This document shows positions 16,154 through 20,000 of a stretch of 20,000 nucleotides of DNA, one piece after another; position 1 is the stretch's first letter, and each line of letters opens with the position of its first letter. The DNA is from an uncultured virus (IMG/VR IMGVR_UViG_3300042886_000689). Lineage: Duplodnaviria > Heunggongvirae > Uroviricota > Caudoviricetes. Made by a program: the position numbers and the translations under genes. The notes below the pieces were generated by a model that was given only the letters and a program-made list of their open reading frames with translations, was not told the DNA's origin and did not search any database. The stretch lies in the IMG/VR virus record IMGVR_UViG_3300042886_000689; one strand, given 5' to 3'.

Positions 16154-16210
16154 GGGTATCAGGTGTGATTTGATACCCCATTTACCGAATTGTACCCTAT
16201 TTAAAGGGTA
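16154..16210. terminator. Hairpin pair between convergent genes, probable terminator(s)
   Basis: GGGTATCA...TGATACCC (16154-16178) and TACCCT...AGGGTA (16193-16210); U-tracts are weak. Confidence 0.55.
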
Positions 16211-16608
16211 GCTTGGTCTTCATCTTCGTATTCAATTTCTTCGTCTTCTTCATCTTCATCAGCCGCTTCAATTATTTGTTCAGCCTCGGATAAAAGAATT
16301 TTATAAACTTCAGGGTAGTCGCTTTCAAGAAGCTCAACGATTGTATCATTCAATTCATTGTCATCTTCTTCTTCCCCATTGTTATCGTCTTCAGGGACGT
16401 AAACATTTGTGAAGGCAAGGCTCTCGCTCCATTCTTCGTGAACAAACGGAACTGGAATTGTGGGCCAGTGAACGAAGTTCAATCTTTTTGGGATTACAGC
16501 AATCGAACCATCGGCTTGCTGGATTTCCACGTTGATCATTTGATAGCTTTCTACAAGGCCATCAGTTTTGTTTTCATCGGTTGCGTGATTCACTACGAAA
16601 TATGCCAT
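16201..16608 (-). CDS. Highly acidic hypothetical protein (135 aa)
   Basis: AAGGAG SD 6 nt before ATG at 16608 (MAYFVV...), preferred over 16641; D/E tracts EDDNNGEEEDDNE and DEDEEDEEIEYEDED. Confidence 0.85.
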   Translation of the reverse strand: MAYFVVNHATDENKTDGLVESYQMINVEIQQADGSIAVIPKRLNFVHWPTIPVPFVHEEWSESLAFTNVYVPEDDNNGEEEDDNELNDTIVELLESDYPEVYKILLSEAEQIIEAADEDEEDEEIEYEDEDQATL

Positions 16609-16875
16609 TTTTTTCTCCTTAGAGGGGTTTCTATGCCCCATAGCTTATCAAGCCTTCCCCACTCCTGAAAAGCCCTTAATTGCCCAAAAAACAAGGCACT
16701 TTTGCCAACTGCCTCCTAAAATGGGCACCTTTTAAGGGTGTCTAAAAGATAGACACTTTTTAACATTCGTAGAATCAGCTACTTATCGGTTTAATCATAA
16801 TGTTTGACACAAAGCGTCTGGAATCGGGTTTTCGTGAGATAATCTAAAAATAAGAAAACAACAAATGGAGTTTTT
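16609..16875. promoter_or_regulatory. Divergent control region with operator-like inverted repeat
   Basis: Non-coding gap between divergent genes; GTGTCTA-N5-TAGACAC (16738-16756); TGaGATAAT extended -10 candidate (16835-16843); clustered GGCA/TGCC motifs (16680-16730). Confidence 0.55.
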
Positions 16876-17256
16876 ATGCCAGTCGGCTCACTCATTAATC
16901 ACTTGGCAGTAAATTCAAAACACCTTTTTAATATGCCTGTAATTGGCACAGGTGTAACTTTTTATTCATGGTCTGATAGATCGGCTGGAACCGTTGTCGG
17001 AATTTATTGCTCATCTAAAAAGATAATTGAAATCAAGCATGATACGGCCACAAGAATTGACAACAATGGAATGTCAGATTGTCAGAACTATAGTTATGAA
17101 ACAGATATAAATTCTCGCTCAGTATTCTATCGTTGGAGCGACAAAAAATCTCAATGGCAAAGTGTAGAGAAAAATGACAAGGGCCGTTGGGTTCTTTCTC
17201 GTGGCCAGCCAATCAGTGTTGGGAATAGAGATGCACATTACGATTACAGTTTTTAA
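16876..17256 (+). CDS. Phage-type hypothetical early protein (126 aa)
   Basis: GGAG SD; GxGxT...SDRxxxTV and terminal RDxHYDYSF pattern recalled from uncharacterised phage proteins (not searched). Confidence 0.8.
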   Translation: MPVGSLINHLAVNSKHLFNMPVIGTGVTFYSWSDRSAGTVVGIYCSSKKIIEIKHDTATRIDNNGMSDCQNYSYETDINSRSVFYRWSDKKSQWQSVEKNDKGRWVLSRGQPISVGNRDAHYDYSF

Positions 17257-17299
17257 TACTTAATAAAATCTTAGCCCCTAAAATCAACAAGGAGAATTT

Positions 17300-17494
17300 A
17301 TGAAACTTTTTAAAACTCAGATTTCAAAAGAAGAAACATCGGAACTGGTTGCAAGACTCAATGAGAAAGGTGTGATGACTGATGTTGAAAAAAATGGGAA
17401 ATATTTTGACCTATATGTGAGTGAGCACTGTCTTAATCAGTTGGATGAGAGTGATGTTGTTTACTGTTATTTTGGACAAAATCAGTCAAACTAA
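17300..17494 (+). CDS. Small hypothetical protein (64 aa)
   Basis: AAGGAG SD with good spacing. Confidence 0.8.
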   Translation: MKLFKTQISKEETSELVARLNEKGVMTDVEKNGKYFDLYVSEHCLNQLDESDVVYCYFGQNQSN

Positions 17495-17596
17495 TGAGTG
17501 AAGTACAAGGCTCTTATTATAGTCCTTTCTTGTATGATTGCGAAAAAGAATAGGCATAAAAATAACAGAAGTAAGAGAATAATTAAGGAGCATACT

Positions 17597-17833
17597 ATGA
17601 GAACAAAAGAATTTAAAGCTGGGGAAGTTTATTTTTTCAACCAAAACGGAAAGCTAAAAATGGCCGTATTGCAGTATTGCGAAAAATGTGGAAAGGCTTG
17701 CCACGTTAATGCCGTATCTGTAACCAGAGCCTCACCAGAAATCGTTGCAGAGAAATACAATAGCAATATGGATGAAAGCGAAATGATGAACTATGACGAA
17801 GAAACCGGCTTAAGTGTTTGCGAGAATTGTTAA
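17597..17833 (+). CDS. Small putative zinc-binding protein (78 aa)
   Basis: TAAGGAG SD before ATG 17597 (preferred over GTG 17498); CEKC and terminal CENC pairs. Confidence 0.75.
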   Translation: MRTKEFKAGEVYFFNQNGKLKMAVLQYCEKCGKACHVNAVSVTRASPEIVAEKYNSNMDESEMMNYDEETGLSVCENC

Positions 17834-17854
17834 AAAATAAAAAGGGAGCATAAA

Positions 17855-18244
17855 ATGAGAGATTCAAAAAGACGACTTATCCATAAGGTTTTTCAAATAG
17901 CCAAGGCAACCAATCGCTTTGTTCACATGAGCGAGTCAAATTTTAAAGAGTTTTATAAGTCATGCCAGATGGATGACTTTAATGGAGCCGAATACTGCAA
18001 GAAATTAGTTATTCATGATTACGACGAAGCTTGCAATGCTCACGCGCTTCACCTTGAATATGCGGCTTGTTATGGCGGTTATAGGCTCGACTATTACTGC
18101 AATGGCGGCGGCGGCATGAGCCACTTTATGTCGTCCTCGCGCACGAGTGCTGAATCACTCTCCGACATTCTTGAGGCGTTTATCCTTGGATACCAGAGAG
18201 CAACCGAACACCACGAAGAAAATAAAACATTGGAGGCTGTATGA
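17855..18244 (+). CDS. Hypothetical protein (129 aa)
   Basis: GGGAG SD; Cys/His/Tyr-rich with YGGYRL motif. Confidence 0.8.
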   Translation: MRDSKRRLIHKVFQIAKATNRFVHMSESNFKEFYKSCQMDDFNGAEYCKKLVIHDYDEACNAHALHLEYAACYGGYRLDYYCNGGGGMSHFMSSSRTSAESLSDILEAFILGYQRATEHHEENKTLEAV

Positions 18245-18426
18245 GTAGCTTAAGATCATACTTAAAAGAAATTGAACCGACACACACAAATAAGCAGATA
18301 CTAGATGCTCTATGCGATGGATATTTTTTATCTAAGTTTTTTGACAATAATGACGAAGAGACAAACATTGAGAATCAACAAGAAGTAGAAGAACTTTATG
18401 CACACTATCAGGCAAAGGGTAAATAA
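18241..18426 (+). CDS. Small acidic hypothetical protein (61 aa)
   Basis: GGAGG SD and ATGA overlap. Confidence 0.75.
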   Translation: MSSLRSYLKEIEPTHTNKQILDALCDGYFLSKFFDNNDEETNIENQQEVEELYAHYQAKGK

Positions 18427-18427
18427 A

Positions 18428-18655
18428 ATGAAAAATAAATCAAACCTAGAGGACGTATTTGACAATGGTGGATATGACCACTTTACTCACTTCGACTATC
18501 TTAAACAGCTAATTGAAAACGGTCAATTGGGAGCCTTTAAAGATCACTTGAAAGAAATGAGTAATGAAGCTTTGGTTTCACTTGCCAATAATGTAGAGGG
18601 GTATTCATACCAGAACAATGTCAAAGTAGAACTTCTAAACAGAATGGAGAAATAA
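18428..18655 (+). CDS. Small hypothetical protein (75 aa)
   Basis: ATG 1 nt after the upstream stop, with AAGGGT upstream; preferred over 18398. Confidence 0.7.
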   Translation: MKNKSNLEDVFDNGGYDHFTHFDYLKQLIENGQLGAFKDHLKEMSNEALVSLANNVEGYSYQNNVKVELLNRMEK

Positions 18656-18657
18656 AA

Positions 18658-18876
18658 ATGAAAAAGAACATGGTCATCGAAATTGGATTACTGCCTGAAC
18701 AAAAAGCATACTTTTGGCATAAGGAAAGAATTGAAACAAACATTGAAAGACTCTCAAATCAAATTGCCTACGAGGGAGGTCTTGACGAATTAACTTTATT
18801 GAATTTAAGAGATTCTATTGAAAAATTTTTAGAGCTTAAAAAATCACCAGCAAACCAATTCAAAATAGGAGAATAG
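18658..18876 (+). CDS. Small helical hypothetical protein (72 aa)
   Basis: GGAG SD; starts 2 nt after the previous stop. Confidence 0.75.
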   Translation: MKKNMVIEIGLLPEQKAYFWHKERIETNIERLSNQIAYEGGLDELTLLNLRDSIEKFLELKKSPANQFKIGE

Positions 18877-18879
18877 GTT

Positions 18880-19677
18880 ATGAAAAATCACAAACTTGAT
18901 TGTCCATGTTGTTTTGCCAGAAATTCGCTTGGACTAACCTACCAAGCTCCAAAGACTACTTGCTATCAAGAAATTATAGAAAACTTGTCAAAGACGAGCG
19001 AGGATATAGTTAAAGTTGTAAACGAGTGCCACCCATTCATATTTGCTAAAAAGGATTACGACGAAACAGTTGACCCTGAAGAATATCATGGAGAAATTGA
19101 TATTCCGTTCCCAGTTATATCAATTGAAGTTATTGGCGAGCCAATTTCAAGTCCGAGAATGGGCGATAGCGACAAGGTATGGATTAGCTCAATAATTGTT
19201 CACGAGTACGCGCCAAAGAGCTATGACTTCGTTCTTTACTTTCAGAGGGACATTGATGGGGGAATTGAAAAAGGATTGTTACCCATCAGGAAAGAAAGCT
19301 TGGCTTACCCCTCAATAAATGGCCTTGTTAATAATTATATGCAAAGACTAAGCAAAGAAAAAATAGGTGTCACTGGAAGAGGTCAAAAAGTAAAATATAA
19401 AACAAATGGCGAGAAGAAATATTTCAAACCAAAAAATATTACCTATGTTTCTTCAAAGAAATACATCTCTAGTGTTAATGAAAAATCTGAAAGACATATT
19501 GAATGGACACACCGATGGGAGGTGCGAGGAACGTGGAGAAAAATAAAAGGTATTGGCAAAGATCGAACAGGAAATTATTGTATCCAAGGTTACACTTGGG
19601 TTATTCCTTTTGTTAAAGGGCCAGAAAACTCTCCGTTGATAAAAAAATCAAGAGTCGTTACCGAGGAAACAATATGA
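18880..19677 (+). CDS. Phage hypothetical protein with C-terminal VRG[H/T]WR...WVxPxxKG motif (265 aa)
   Basis: AGGAG SD; HRWEVRGTWR...TWVIPFVKGP basic C-terminal motif recalled from a widespread phage/plasmid family; N-terminal CPCC. Confidence 0.8.
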   Translation: MKNHKLDCPCCFARNSLGLTYQAPKTTCYQEIIENLSKTSEDIVKVVNECHPFIFAKKDYDETVDPEEYHGEIDIPFPVISIEVIGEPISSPRMGDSDKVWISSIIVHEYAPKSYDFVLYFQRDIDGGIEKGLLPIRKESLAYPSINGLVNNYMQRLSKEKIGVTGRGQKVKYKTNGEKKYFKPKNITYVSSKKYISSVNEKSERHIEWTHRWEVRGTWRKIKGIGKDRTGNYCIQGYTWVIPFVKGPENSPLIKKSRVVTEETI

Positions 19678-19901
19678 AAAGAACTTGTGCAGTATTGGTT
19701 GTCTCAGGAAGAACAGCAACAATTAAAGAAGATTTAAAAGAACGCGGTTTTAAATATAATGCGGCAAGAAAGTCTTGGGCAAAATTCGATGAAGTTGAAA
19801 ATATTGAATCACTCTCCAAAGAAGGAAAAGAAATTGCAATGAAGTATCTTGGAAATGTTTTGATTGATGTTTTTCTCTCAAATCAAATCAACGAATTTTA
19901 A
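19674..19901 (+). CDS. Small putative nucleic-acid-binding protein (DUF5710-like pattern)
   Basis: GAGG SD and ATGA overlap; GxTxxIKExLKxxGFKYNxxxKSW pattern. Confidence 0.7.
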   Translation: MKRTCAVLVVSGRTATIKEDLKERGFKYNAARKSWAKFDEVENIESLSKEGKEIAMKYLGNVLIDVFLSNQINEF

Positions 19902-20000
19902 TCATCTCACCATTCCCTTATTCCACCAAGTTCTCCCCCCCACCCTCACGCGGTTCTCCCAACACTATCTCCCAGTTATCCCCTCGTTATCTCGCCGTGA
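19902..20000. repeat. C-rich non-coding stretch with degenerate GTT[CA]TC[CT]C-like repeats
   Basis: GTTCTCCC at 19930 and 19953, CTATCTCCC at 19965, GTTATCCCC at 19975, GTTATCTCG at 19986; all three minus-strand frames stop within ~36 nt of the window end. Confidence 0.5.

Larger units (their letters stand above)
1..20000. mobile_element. Segment of an uncharacterised bacterial virus or provirus (structural module plus early-gene module); boundaries not in window
   Basis: Dense co-oriented ORFs with ATGA/GTGA overlaps and GGAG-type SD sites, fibre/spike motifs, a cluster of short orphan early-type ORFs, and no recognisable cellular genes. Confidence 0.88.

Noticed and set aside
16804..16843. 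Perfect TTGACA paired with GATAAT as a canonical promoter
   Set aside because: Spacer is 28 nt, far from 16-18; only the extended -10 is kept as a weak candidate
1..20000. CRISPR array, tRNA, integrase/att site, reverse transcriptase/DGR, packaging ATPase
   Set aside because: No regularly spaced repeat-spacer units, cloverleaf, recombinase, YxDD-type RT or convincing Walker A/B protein found by eye; such genes may lie outside the window
1..20000. Host assignment from apparent frequency of GGCC and codon style
   Set aside because: Impression only, not counted; needs k-mer or CRISPR-spacer matching

Overview
The whole window reads as part of an uncharacterised AT-rich bacterial virus or provirus; no host housekeeping, rRNA, tRNA or CRISPR features are visible. 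Positions 1-16150 form a tightly packed + strand block that looks like a virion module. It holds large helical or membrane-anchored proteins and a histone-H1-like Lys-rich protein fused to a hydrophobic domain, with nested in-frame starts and repeated Asn-Pro motifs. Next come a 199-aa beta-rich candidate major capsid protein followed by a cUUCG terminator, and several further 100-220 aa beta-rich proteins, two of them clear paralogues. The block ends with two spike/fibre genes, three tiny single-TM proteins and two hypothetical proteins. No HK97 capsid, portal, terminase or tail-tube/sheath/baseplate gene is recognisable, so the best inference is a tailless, internal-membrane virus with single-jelly-roll capsid proteins. 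A lone very acidic minus-strand gene and a divergent control region (~16610-16875) separate this block from a run of small early-type genes (16876-19901), and the window ends in a C-rich repetitive non-coding stretch. All fold and function calls come from motif reading only; no search was run.
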